From the NCBI GenBank assembly GCA_944392835.1, contig CALXYB010000003.1:2179-66178 (forward strand): 64,000 bases of DNA, in the 5' to 3' direction. This stretch comes from an uncultured Alphaproteobacteria bacterium (lineage in GTDB: Bacteria > Pseudomonadota > Alphaproteobacteria > RF32 > CAG-239). This document shows, piece by piece, positions 55,719 to 64,000 of this stretch (positions are counted from its first letter, which is position 1; the number at the start of each line of letters is the position of its first letter). The notes beneath the pieces were generated by a model that made no database searches, was not told the origin of the DNA, and saw nothing but the letters and a program-made list of their open reading frames with translations. The translations under genes were made by a program, and so were the position numbers.

Positions 55719-57962
55719 CTACTTGAGGTAATCCAAAATTGACAAACTCAGAGTAGTTTGCATAACCGAATAAGAAGCCTGCAGGTTTTCTGCCGCAAGG
55801 AGCAACTTGGTTGCTGCTTCTGTCTTGTCAACATTCTTTAAGGAGGTTATGTTATTCTCCAAATTGTTTTTAACCATTGTTTGGTTTTCCGTAACACTGT
55901 TAAGCAAAACCGTGTCGGAGTTAACTTTAGCCAATACCGAATACATATCCGGATTAGATGTTGTTCCGGCTGAAGAGTTAAACAAGGCATTTTGAATCAA
56001 GTCTAACGAACCCATAACTCTTTCCATAGCTTGGTCAGCATTGATTGTGCTTTCAATACCGTCAGCGGGATTACGCATATCAACCAAGTTACCTTGTGCG
56101 ATTTGTCCGAGCGCACGGAACATTTGCTCAAATACGGCATCTTGACCGTTTATGTTAAAGGTCAGGCTCTGGTTGTCTGAAATCATCTTGTTGGAAGAGA
56201 GCGTACCGCCTTGATAATAAGATTGTGTTTCAAGCTTCCATTTATCGGATGCTGCAACGACTTGCGGATTTCCTTCTTCCGGTAGGTAACTTGGGTCAGC
56301 CGTAACATAAAGTGTAGATCCGTCATCACTAATTCCGGTAACCTGGACGCGCGGAGCAGTATTGCTGCTAAAGCCTTCCATATTGATAACCGAGCCGACC
56401 GGGAAAGAAGTTGAGAAAGTAACATTGTCTGTCGGAGACACGGTCATACTTTCCATAATCGGTGTACTTTCATCAACGGTAATGGTTTTGCCGTCAGAGG
56501 AAACAGATTTTACGGTGTAGGCTTTAGCGTTTGTTCCTGCACCGTCTCCGCCGATAACGATAGTGTCGCCGGCTTTAAGGGAAGCAAAAGCACCGTGTTG
56601 TGTTGCTTTGATAGTGCCTTTTTCTTTGTCAAAGGTTAAATCACCGGTAGTGCGGTCATTTGCGGTAATACCTTCTTTTAAGAAGCCTCCGGCATTTCCG
56701 GCGGTGAGCGTTGCCGTATTTCCGCCGGTTGAAGCAATGGTCAAATCACCGATTTTGTCGCCATCCATAGTCATATTAGTCAGGTTTGCGGCGGCACTGC
56801 TCGGAAACTTGATGTTAATACCGTCATAGTAGCTTTGGAAGTCTTCTAATGAGCTGAACGGAAAGTTAATCGGTGCGGTAGAGGTATTTCCGCCGCCAAA
56901 CAAATACTTGCCGTTAACAAAGGTGTTTAAGCTGTCCACAAGGAGCTTAAGAGAAGAAAACGCGTTTGTCTGGAGCTGTTTCATCTCTTGGTATTGGTCG
57001 TTGCTCATTGTATGAGGTTCGCCGGTTGTAACGCCGTTTGCTTTAAGTACGGTAGAAGAGCCGTTAATCGTATAAAGCGGGAAGGAAAACTTTGTTCCCT
57101 CAAACTTAAAATCGGTGTTGGAAGGAAGTTTGTTTTGCAAAGCAGTCATAATCTCTTCGGCGGAAGTTAAGCCGCTGATGTCAATGTTGTTACCGTCACC
57201 GTTGTCAGCAAAAGTGTAGGTAACACCGTTAACGGTGAGAGTTTTGCCCAAATAGTCATTAATATTATCGCTTGAGAAGTTGATTTCACCACCGGTATAA
57301 TCCGGAGTAAGATTTCCGACCAAAGCCACACTTTCTGTTTTAGGAGTTCCGGTCGTAACTCCATTGGCATCCAAAATAGATGAGGTGTTGTCAACCGTAT
57401 ATAAAGGATAAGAAAATGTTGTGCCGTTGAATGAAAAATCAGGGTTGGCAGGAAGTTTTGCTTCCAAGGCATCCATCACATCCTGCGCAGAAGCTGCGCC
57501 GCTAATGTCTATATTGTTGCCGATTCTGTCTTCGGCAAAGGTGTAGGTCGTGCCGTTAACCGTAATGGATTTTCCGAGATAATCCGCCTTATCATCACTT
57601 GAGAAAGTAATTTCACCGCCGGTTTTGTCAGGGTCTTTTTGGGTGGATGTATCGCTAACCGAACCGCTGAAAGAAGTAAGCATACTCTTAAAGTCGTTAA
57701 TGGTAGATTGTACGGATTCAAGCGAGTTGCTGAGAGTATTCAGCTCAACTTGCAAAATGCTGTTGTTGTCCATATAGTTGTTGTTAACGGTCAAGGCCGC
57801 TTCAAGGCTCACAATGCTATAGGCGCTCATTCCGTAGCCGGAATAAGTCTGAGATTTCAAGCCCGTAATAGATTGAAAACTATATTGATCAACGAGTTGC
57901 TTATTCTTAAGCGCGCCGTTCATCAAACTCATATAAGTTGAATAAGTAGGAACTCTTACCAT
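55719..57962 (-). CDS. flgL: Flagellar hook-associated protein 3 (FlgL), greatly expanded
   Basis: Alpha-type FlgL N-terminus (VRVPTYSTY...GLKSQTYSGYG) and a flagellin-like C-terminus. It lies downstream of flgK. At 747 aa it contains a large central insertion. Confidence 0.75.
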   Translation of the reverse strand: MVRVPTYSTYMSLMNGALKNKQLVDQYSFQSITGLKSQTYSGYGMSAYSIVSLEAALTVNNNYMDNNSILQVELNTLSNSLESVQSTINDFKSMLTSFSGSVSDTSTQKDPDKTGGEITFSSDDKADYLGKSITVNGTTYTFAEDRIGNNIDISGAASAQDVMDALEAKLPANPDFSFNGTTFSYPLYTVDNTSSILDANGVTTGTPKTESVALVGNLTPDYTGGEINFSSDNINDYLGKTLTVNGVTYTFADNGDGNNIDISGLTSAEEIMTALQNKLPSNTDFKFEGTKFSFPLYTINGSSTVLKANGVTTGEPHTMSNDQYQEMKQLQTNAFSSLKLLVDSLNTFVNGKYLFGGGNTSTAPINFPFSSLEDFQSYYDGINIKFPSSAAANLTNMTMDGDKIGDLTIASTGGNTATLTAGNAGGFLKEGITANDRTTGDLTFDKEKGTIKATQHGAFASLKAGDTIVIGGDGAGTNAKAYTVKSVSSDGKTITVDESTPIMESMTVSPTDNVTFSTSFPVGSVINMEGFSSNTAPRVQVTGISDDGSTLYVTADPSYLPEEGNPQVVAASDKWKLETQSYYQGGTLSSNKMISDNQSLTFNINGQDAVFEQMFRALGQIAQGNLVDMRNPADGIESTINADQAMERVMGSLDLIQNALFNSSAGTTSNPDMYSVLAKVNSDTVLLNSVTENQTMVKNNLENNITSLKNVDKTEAATKLLLAAENLQASYSVMQTTLSLSILDYLK
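57015..57620 (-). repeat. Tandem ~109-aa duplication inside flgL
   Basis: aa 115-208 is GGEITFSSDDKADYLGKSITVNGTTYTFAEDRIGNNIDISGAASAQDVMDALEAKLPANPDFSFNGTTFSYPLYTV...ANGVTTG. aa 224-316 is GGEINFSSDNINDYLGKTLTVNGVTYTFADNGDGNNIDISGLTSAEEIMTALQNKLPSNTDFKFEGTKFSFPLYTI...ANGVTTG. Confidence 0.8.
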
Positions 57963-57973
57963 GGCCGTATCTC

Positions 57974-60157
57974 CTATTTAACCATACCTAAAAGCATATC
58001 CAAAATCTCTTTGGACGCGGTAAACATTTGTGCACAAGCAGCGTAGCTTTGCTGATATACAATCAATTGGCTAAGTTCTTCGTCCATATCCACACCGCTG
58101 ATTTGCGCTTCTTTGGTTGAAATTGAACTGGTCAGCTCTTGCTGATAGGCAAGGGTTTTAGCAGCTTCGTTTGTTTCTGTAGCAATATTTCCGACAAAGG
58201 TTGAAGCATAGTTTGATAAGGTCGTTGACATAGAAGACAAAGTTCCGGATTGTCCGAAAGATTGTGTCTCAGTAAAGACCTTTACCATCTCGTTCGCAAT
58301 CGTGTTTGAAGCTTGATTAAGCTTATATTCGCTACTTGCCACATCATATTGCGGTGAACCATTAGCAATCAAAGCCGGTGTCGTTTGCAATTCCTCTCTG
58401 ACGGAGATTGAAGCAGACACGGAAGCATTAGAAGGAGCCAGACCAAGCTTCTCAATCACGCCGCCCTGACCGCCGGGAGCAACACTTTCCGTAATTTCAA
58501 GCTGTTCGCCGGAGGAGTTGACAATACGCAAAACATAGCCGTTTCCGTTCGGAACCAAAGCGGCCTGCAGATTTTCGTTTAAGACAGGGTCATTGTTGAT
58601 TTTGTCAACAATCGTTTGCAAACTATCGTTCGGATAAATATTGATAGCCCCATAGTTCAAACCATGTGATGTGTCAGAGAAATTAAGGGTTACTACGTTT
58701 TTAAGCCCAAGGTTCATACCTTTGCTGACAACTTTTGAGTCATAAATTGCTTCATTAGTGTTGCTGACAAAGAAGTCATTTAAGCCAAAGAAACTGGAGA
58801 AACCTTCGGCAGAACGGTCATAAGTACCATCGCCGTTAGCATCAAAGGATATGCTGACGCTTCCTTGTTCGCTGCCGATTGTAGAGCTGACTTCGTCCAT
58901 AATGGCAACGCTGTATTCGCTGTCGCCGGTGTCAATAACCAAATGTCCATCATCATCAAAACTGGCGGAGGCTTGAGGCAAGTTTGCGCCATTGGGAGAT
59001 TGCAGCCAGTCGTTAATACGCTGGGTCATATCGGCAATACTTCCTTCGGTAAAGCCTAGACCGCCGTTAAGGTTGGTTGTAGCAACCTGGTTGCCTTCCG
59101 AGTCAAAGATAATGAAACGAACATCACCGTTTTCAATTCTGATATTTTGCGCGTTCGGGTCAATAAAGCTGCGTGTACCTGTGAGGTTATAAGGGGTGTT
59201 CGGATAAGCCGTACCTTGGTTATGGATGTTGTTTATCTGTGTTTTCAAAACACCGGCCAACTCATCAAGTTGCGATTGTAGGGAGGGCAGGGTAACATCG
59301 CGGATTTCAATAAGCCCCTGAATCTCACCACCGGCAATTTGTGTTGTGATGTCCACGCCGTCAACATAAATACCCGTAATTCCGCCGCCTGCATAAGAAG
59401 ATGTTGCACTGGCTTGAGCAATGGAACTGTGGCTCAAATGATGTGCGTCTCTGTCCAAAAGCGTAACGCCGTTTTTGGTCTGAATAACCATTTCGCCGTT
59501 TTCACGTGTAAAATAGTTAATGTCAATCAAACCGCTCAAATCGCGCAGAGCAGAATCTCTTTGGTCTTGGAGGTCAGCAACACCGTCATAACCCAAAACC
59601 TGATATTTGACGATTTTATCATTTAAGGTTTTCAGCTCGTCCAAGAGGTTGTTAATCTGGTCAACATCTTCCTTAATGCTCATATCGGCATCGCCGCGGA
59701 GCTTCTGAATTTCTTGAGACAGATAGTTAAGACGAGAAGTAACCGTATTAGCGGCGTTAAGCAGATTATAACGTCCCGTAGCCGAAGTAACATCTGTTGA
59801 GAAGGTATTAAAAGCAGCTTGCAGATCGGCAACACTGGCAGAGATAGAGTCATCACCTTCAGGCGTGCCGAGCAAGGTTTCCGTTTTGTTGAGGTATTGG
59901 CTTTTGCCGTTTGCCGTACCATAGGCATTATTTGCCGCCAAGAAACTTCTAAGCAAGCCTTCATCAACCGTACGCGTAATGTTGCCCAAAGCCACACCGG
60001 CATTTTGTCCGGCTAAGACAACATTTTTCTGCGCCATCGTTTTGCGCGTATACCCTTCCGTGTCCACATTGGCAACATTGCGGCCGATAAGCTCCAGCTG
60101 GCTCTGTGCCACTTTCATTCCGGAGAGGGAAGTTTGTAATCCAGATAATAATGCCAT
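57974..60157 (-). CDS. flgK: Flagellar hook-associated protein 1 (FlgK)
   Basis: MALLSGLQTSLSGMKVAQSQLELIGRNVANVDTEGYTRK N-terminus and a DMDEELSQLIVYQQSYAACAQ C-terminus. Confidence 0.88.
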   Translation of the reverse strand: MALLSGLQTSLSGMKVAQSQLELIGRNVANVDTEGYTRKTMAQKNVVLAGQNAGVALGNITRTVDEGLLRSFLAANNAYGTANGKSQYLNKTETLLGTPEGDDSISASVADLQAAFNTFSTDVTSATGRYNLLNAANTVTSRLNYLSQEIQKLRGDADMSIKEDVDQINNLLDELKTLNDKIVKYQVLGYDGVADLQDQRDSALRDLSGLIDINYFTRENGEMVIQTKNGVTLLDRDAHHLSHSSIAQASATSSYAGGGITGIYVDGVDITTQIAGGEIQGLIEIRDVTLPSLQSQLDELAGVLKTQINNIHNQGTAYPNTPYNLTGTRSFIDPNAQNIRIENGDVRFIIFDSEGNQVATTNLNGGLGFTEGSIADMTQRINDWLQSPNGANLPQASASFDDDGHLVIDTGDSEYSVAIMDEVSSTIGSEQGSVSISFDANGDGTYDRSAEGFSSFFGLNDFFVSNTNEAIYDSKVVSKGMNLGLKNVVTLNFSDTSHGLNYGAINIYPNDSLQTIVDKINNDPVLNENLQAALVPNGNGYVLRIVNSSGEQLEITESVAPGGQGGVIEKLGLAPSNASVSASISVREELQTTPALIANGSPQYDVASSEYKLNQASNTIANEMVKVFTETQSFGQSGTLSSMSTTLSNYASTFVGNIATETNEAAKTLAYQQELTSSISTKEAQISGVDMDEELSQLIVYQQSYAACAQMFTASKEILDMLLGMVK

Positions 60158-60168
60158 GGTAAAAACTC

Positions 60169-60624
60169 CTATAAAGTTCTGTTTATCGCAATTGCGTTTT
60201 TACTGTTATCCAAAGGCGAATACTTGCCTTGAGCACCATACGAGGTAGAAAAGTCCTGCGTACGTTTTTTTGCCAAATTAACGATTGAATCCATAATCGT
60301 TTGGCTAACCTGCATTCTCGTTTGCAGCAAGGTGTGGTTTTGGTGTTGCAGTTCGTCCAACTTCAAAGATTCTTCACGCAAGAGGAGCTTTTCATCTTGC
60401 TCCAAGAGCTTCAACCCTTCTTGGTTTTTGATGAAGAAAGCCACAAAAGCCCGATAAGCCGTAACCAATTTAACCTTTTGCTCATAGAGCGCGGCCACTT
60501 TTTCTGTGTCAAACTGTTCCAAAGCCTCGTTTTCTTCACGGAGCAAATCGGCAAAGTTGCGAACGATTTCCAAATAGTCCGAAACTTTTTCTCTGATTTC
60601 TTCTTTGTGAGATAAAGTATCCAT
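60169..60624 (-). CDS. FlgN-like flagellar chaperone candidate
   Basis: About 151-aa helical protein between the rod-binding gene and flgK. Start chosen at MDTLSHK (60624), 1 nt after the upstream stop. The call rests on position and composition only. Confidence 0.4.
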   Translation of the reverse strand: MDTLSHKEEIREKVSDYLEIVRNFADLLREENEALEQFDTEKVAALYEQKVKLVTAYRAFVAFFIKNQEGLKLLEQDEKLLLREESLKLDELQHQNHTLLQTRMQVSQTIMDSIVNLAKKRTQDFSTSYGAQGKYSPLDNSKNAIAINRTL

Positions 60625-60625
60625 C

Positions 60626-60985
60626 TTACACCTCTTTCGTTTTTGTTCCGTCAATAAAACCCTGAGACTGCACTTCCTGCATCTCCAAGATTGATTTCAT
60701 CACATAGTCAGCCACGCCGACCGTGCCTGTTTTGGCCATAGCTTTGCCATATTCATTAATCAAGAGGGAGCGAAAGACCTTTTCGCCGTTACCGCCGCCA
60801 AACATTCCGTCAGTGGAAATCCCCTCAAACATCGTTTCAACCATACGGCTCAAAAAGAATGCCTCAAAGTCTTCAGCCGTCTGCTTAATCTCATCCATAT
60901 TCTGGTTTTTGGCATTAGACATCAGGTTTTTTTGGCGTTCTATGGCCAAACCGCTGTAATCCGTATGTAAAGCCGCCGTCATCAT
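60626..60985 (-). CDS. flgJ: Flagellar rod-binding protein (FlgJ N-terminal-domain type, no muramidase domain)
   Basis: 119 aa. AEDFEAFFLSRMVETMFEG...FRSLLINEYGKAMA matches the rod-binding domain. It lies directly after flgI. Confidence 0.7.
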   Translation of the reverse strand: MMTAALHTDYSGLAIERQKNLMSNAKNQNMDEIKQTAEDFEAFFLSRMVETMFEGISTDGMFGGGNGEKVFRSLLINEYGKAMAKTGTVGVADYVMKSILEMQEVQSQGFIDGTKTKEV

Positions 60986-60986
60986 C

Positions 60987-62129
60987 TTAAATCACCTCAA
61001 TGTCTGCCTGCAAAGCTCCGCTGGCTTTGATAGCTTGTAAAATGCTGATGAGGTCACGCGGGCTAACCCCCAATGCATTCAAGCCATCTACCAGTTCTTG
61101 CAGATTAACGCCCGTGTCCAAAACGCTGAGCTTAGAATCAACGCTTTCATCAATATCAATGGCTGTTAAGGTATCTACAACCGTTGTTCCGTCAGAGAAA
61201 GGCAAAGGCTGAGAAACGAGAGGCACATCCGTAATTTTGATTGTTAAGTTGCCCTGAGCGATGGCAAGACGATTGATTTTGACATCTTTACCGATAACCA
61301 CAATGCCTGAACTCTCATCAATAACCACTTTTGCTGTCTGGTCAGGTTGAACTTGGAGCTGTTCAATTTTGGTCATCAGGTCAACGATTTTGTCTTTATA
61401 AGCTTCCGGAACATCAAGCTCAATTGTTGCCGGGTCGGTTGCTTTGGCTGTTTGCTCGCCCAAAAAAGCATTGATGGCATCAGAAACACGTCTGGCTGTC
61501 GTAAAGTCAGGGTTTCTGAGAGCAATGCGGATTGTGTCCAAACTTTCCAAAGAGAAGGGAATTTCGTTTTCAATGATTGCACCATTAGCAATACGTCCCG
61601 AGGTCGGAACACCTTTGGTAACGGAAGCATTTGCCCCGCGAGCCGAAACACCGCCGACGGCAACTTGTCCCTGAGCAACGGCATAAACCTCGCCGTTTGC
61701 ACCAACCAAAGGCGTGGCAATCAAAGTACCGCCTTGCAGGTTTGTTGCATCACCCAAGGCAGATACCATAACATCAATGCGGCTACCCTGGCGGGCAAAA
61801 GCCGGCAAATTAGCCGTAACCATAACCGAGGCAATATTTTTAGACTTAACTTGCCCGTCGCGAGAGTTAATGCCGACACTGTCAAGTAAGGAAACCAAAC
61901 TTTCTTTGGCAAAGTTGATTGATTTGATGTTATCGCCCGTTCCGTTCAAGCCCACAACCATACCATAACCGACCAATTGGTTGTCGCGCACGCCTTCAAA
62001 GTCGGCAATATCTTTTATACGCGATGCCGAAAAAGCCGTTCCGCTCATCATCAAAGAGACAAGCGCAACAAGGGCAAAACTGGCTGTTTTCTTAACAAAA
62101 TTGGCATTCATAACGCAGAAACTCCGCAA
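60987..62129 (-). CDS. flgI: Flagellar P-ring protein FlgI
   Basis: Signal peptide, then SRIKDIADFEGVRDNQLVGYGMVVGLNGTGD, and a C-terminal SPRDLISILQAIKASGALQADIEVI. Confidence 0.92.
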   Translation of the reverse strand: MRSFCVMNANFVKKTASFALVALVSLMMSGTAFSASRIKDIADFEGVRDNQLVGYGMVVGLNGTGDNIKSINFAKESLVSLLDSVGINSRDGQVKSKNIASVMVTANLPAFARQGSRIDVMVSALGDATNLQGGTLIATPLVGANGEVYAVAQGQVAVGGVSARGANASVTKGVPTSGRIANGAIIENEIPFSLESLDTIRIALRNPDFTTARRVSDAINAFLGEQTAKATDPATIELDVPEAYKDKIVDLMTKIEQLQVQPDQTAKVVIDESSGIVVIGKDVKINRLAIAQGNLTIKITDVPLVSQPLPFSDGTTVVDTLTAIDIDESVDSKLSVLDTGVNLQELVDGLNALGVSPRDLISILQAIKASGALQADIEVI

Positions 62130-62286
62130 AAATCACATTAAACTTACGTTGTTATATGCAATTTCTGTGCCAATTATTGTAAAAATAAAAAACTGTGCTT
62201 AATTACAAACAAAACTTGTTGTAAAATCAAAAATTAATATACTAAAGTTCTAAAAACGGAATAAGATTTGTAAAGGCGAAGAGCAA

Positions 62287-62457
62287 ATGTTCAAAACATT
62301 GCTGTTTTTGTTGGATTACTTCAAGCTGGGAATAATCGGCTTCTTTATTGTCGTGTCCATATTATATACAATCTATTCCAACCGCATTTATTCTTATGAT
62401 GACACAAATTCAACCTCCGTAAGTCAAGTTTTTCAAACACATACAACAATTTGCTGA
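62287..62457 (+). CDS. Possible small membrane protein (56 aa)
   Basis: MFKTLLFLLDYFKLGIIGFFIVVSILYTIY... has one TM segment. The RBS is weak and the ORF is below the ORF-track size cutoff. Confidence 0.25.
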   Translation: MFKTLLFLLDYFKLGIIGFFIVVSILYTIYSNRIYSYDDTNSTSVSQVFQTHTTIC

Positions 62458-62516
62458 TTCGTTTGCTTAAATTTGTGTTGCACTAGGCGATAGTCTATGC
62501 TATCAACTTTTTCATT

Positions 62517-64000
62517 ATGATAGATATAAACGACATAACGCTGCGTATCGGCTCCAAAGTTCTGTTGGAGCACGCTTTTGCACATATATCAGATGGGCAA
62601 AAGGTCGGCTTGGTCGGTGCAAACGGTTGCGGAAAATCCACGCTGTTTAGAGCTTTGAAAGGTGAGCTTGAAACCGAAACCGGCTCAATATATTTTCCCA
62701 AGGGCTATCGTGTGGTCTTTGTTGAGCAAGAAATGCACGATATCAATATTCCGATAATGGATTTTTTGCTGGCTTCAGATGTTGAACGAGCCGAGCTTTT
62801 GCAAAAGCTTGAAACTGCACCGGAAAGCGAATTAGGCGAAATCCACGAACGTTTGAAGATAATAGAAGCGGCCTCGGCTCCGGCGCGCGCGGCAGAGATT
62901 TTGCATGGTTTAGGTTTTAAGAATGAAGATTTTACGCGTCCGATAAGAGAGTTTTCCGGCGGTTGGCGAATGCGTTTGGCTCTGGCGGCGGCTTTGTTTC
63001 GCCCGTCCGAAGTCCTGCTTTTGGATGAGCCGACCAACCACTTGGATTTGGAAGCCGGAATGTGGCTGGAAAACCATCTGCAAAAATATCGCGGAACTTT
63101 GGTCATCATCAGCCATGACCGCAATATTTTGAACTCTCTGTGCAATTATATCGTGCATTTTGACCATCAGAAGCTCATAACCTATTCCGGCAATTATGAC
63201 ACTTTTCAGGCTACGAGGGCTCAGCAAAAAGAGGTCTTGCAAAAGCAGGCAGAAAAACAGGAACAAAGACGCCGCCACTTGCAGTCTTTCGTTGACCGTT
63301 TCAGATATAAAGCAAGTAAAGCCAAACAGGCGCAAAGCCGTATCAAGATGCTGGAAAAGCTTCAAACCGTAACTTTGATGGAAGATGATGCTTCAACGCA
63401 TTTCAGTTTTCCCGAGGCGGAAGAGCTACCGCCGCCAATGCTGACCATAGAAAACGGTGTTGTCGGTTATGATGGTAAACCGGTTTTAAGAAAACTCAAT
63501 TTGCAAATTGTAGACAATGACCGTATTGCTTTGCTCGGAGCCAACGGCAACGGTAAGTCAACTTTAGCCAAACTCATATCCAAGCGATTACCCTTAATGG
63601 AGGGTAGGGACATTCGCTCTTCCAAGCTCAAAGTAGGTTATTTTGCCCAACATCAGGCAGAAGAACTGCCGATGGATGAAACACCTTGCGCTTTTATGTC
63701 TCATCTGCTGCCGGATTTGCCGGAGCCGAAATTGCGTGCGCATTTGGCAAGATTTGGCTTGGGGCAGGAAAAAGCACAGACCAAAATAAGCTTGCTTTCA
63801 GGAGGCGAAAAAGCCAGACTTTTGTTTGCCGCCATGACTTATAACGCGCCACAGCTCCTGATTTTGGACGAGCCGACCAACCACTTGGATATTGATGGCC
63901 GTGAGGCGCTGATAACCGCCTTAAACGAATATAACGGATCGGTCATTCTCATCACCCACGACATTCATTTAATAGAGCTTATTGCTGATAATTTGTGGCT
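62517..64000 (+). CDS. ABC-F family ATPase (Uup/YheS-like), 3' end outside the window
   Basis: I translated this ORF by hand from ATG 62517. NBD1 has GANGCGKST, LSGGWRMRLALAAAL and LLLDEPTNHLD. A linker (QKQAEKQEQRRRHLQSFVDRFRYKASKAKQAQSR) follows. NBD2 has GANGNGKST, LSGGEKARLLFA and LILDEPTNHLD. The ORF is still open at 64000. Confidence 0.9.
   Translation, partial: MIDINDITLRIGSKVLLEHAFAHISDGQKVGLVGANGCGKSTLFRALKGELETETGSIYFPKGYRVVFVEQEMHDINIPIMDFLLASDVERAELLQKLETAPESELGEIHERLKIIEAASAPARAAEILHGLGFKNEDFTRPIREFSGGWRMRLALAAALFRPSEVLLLDEPTNHLDLEAGMWLENHLQKYRGTLVIISHDRNILNSLCNYIVHFDHQKLITYSGNYDTFQATRAQQKEVLQKQAEKQEQRRRHLQSFVDRFRYKASKAKQAQSRIKMLEKLQTVTLMEDDASTHFSFPEAEELPPPMLTIENGVVGYDGKPVLRKLNLQIVDNDRIALLGANGNGKSTLAKLISKRLPLMEGRDIRSSKLKVGYFAQHQAEELPMDETPCAFMSHLLPDLPEPKLRAHLARFGLGQEKAQTKISLLSGGEKARLLFAAMTYNAPQLLILDEPTNHLDIDGREALITALNEYNGSVILITHDIHLIELIADNLW

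Overview
This window looks like a chromosomal segment of a flagellated, low-GC (about 40% by eye) alphaproteobacterium-like organism. The supporting signs are hflK-hflC-degP synteny, an RNase E with an insertion in its S1 region, an alpha-type FlgL and the prfB frameshift. A Rickettsiales/Holosporales-like lineage is plausible but not verifiable here. Most of the window is housekeeping. It contains fliI-fliJ, sodB, eptA, holC, degP-hflC-hflK, mrp, an M48 protease, rne, amiC, mrcA, prfB, a YhdP/AsmA-like gene, gltX-cysS and glgB-glgX-malQ. It also contains flgI-flgJ(rod-binding)-flgN-like-flgK-flgL, an ABC-F ATPase, tRNA-Glu(CUC) and tRNA-Leu(CAA). The outstanding accessory element is an ~11.6 kb phage-derived block (28.1-39.7 kb). 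It has a CI/LexA-like HTH-S24 repressor, two small early ORFs, a promoter plus terminated leader, and then one late operon. The late operon encodes TerL, a lysis cassette, a T7-type portal, a scaffold, a capsid, a gp11-like adaptor and a gp12-like nozzle. It carries no integrase, att sites, replication genes, internal core genes or tail fibre, so it is a candidate domesticated particle or GTA-like system of podovirus type. Other points worth a second look:
- a rearranged tRNA-Glu locus with a tRNA 5' fragment, 165-bp tandem repeats and T-arm-like remnants;
- a secreted protein with about 42 cysteines;
- a dispersed ~100-nt repeat family;
- a structured leader or sRNA that can sequester the RBS of a small HTH gene;
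- a 747-aa FlgL carrying a tandem ~109-aa duplication.
All family calls come from motif recognition by eye. Hand-counted coordinates of small features may be off by a few nt.
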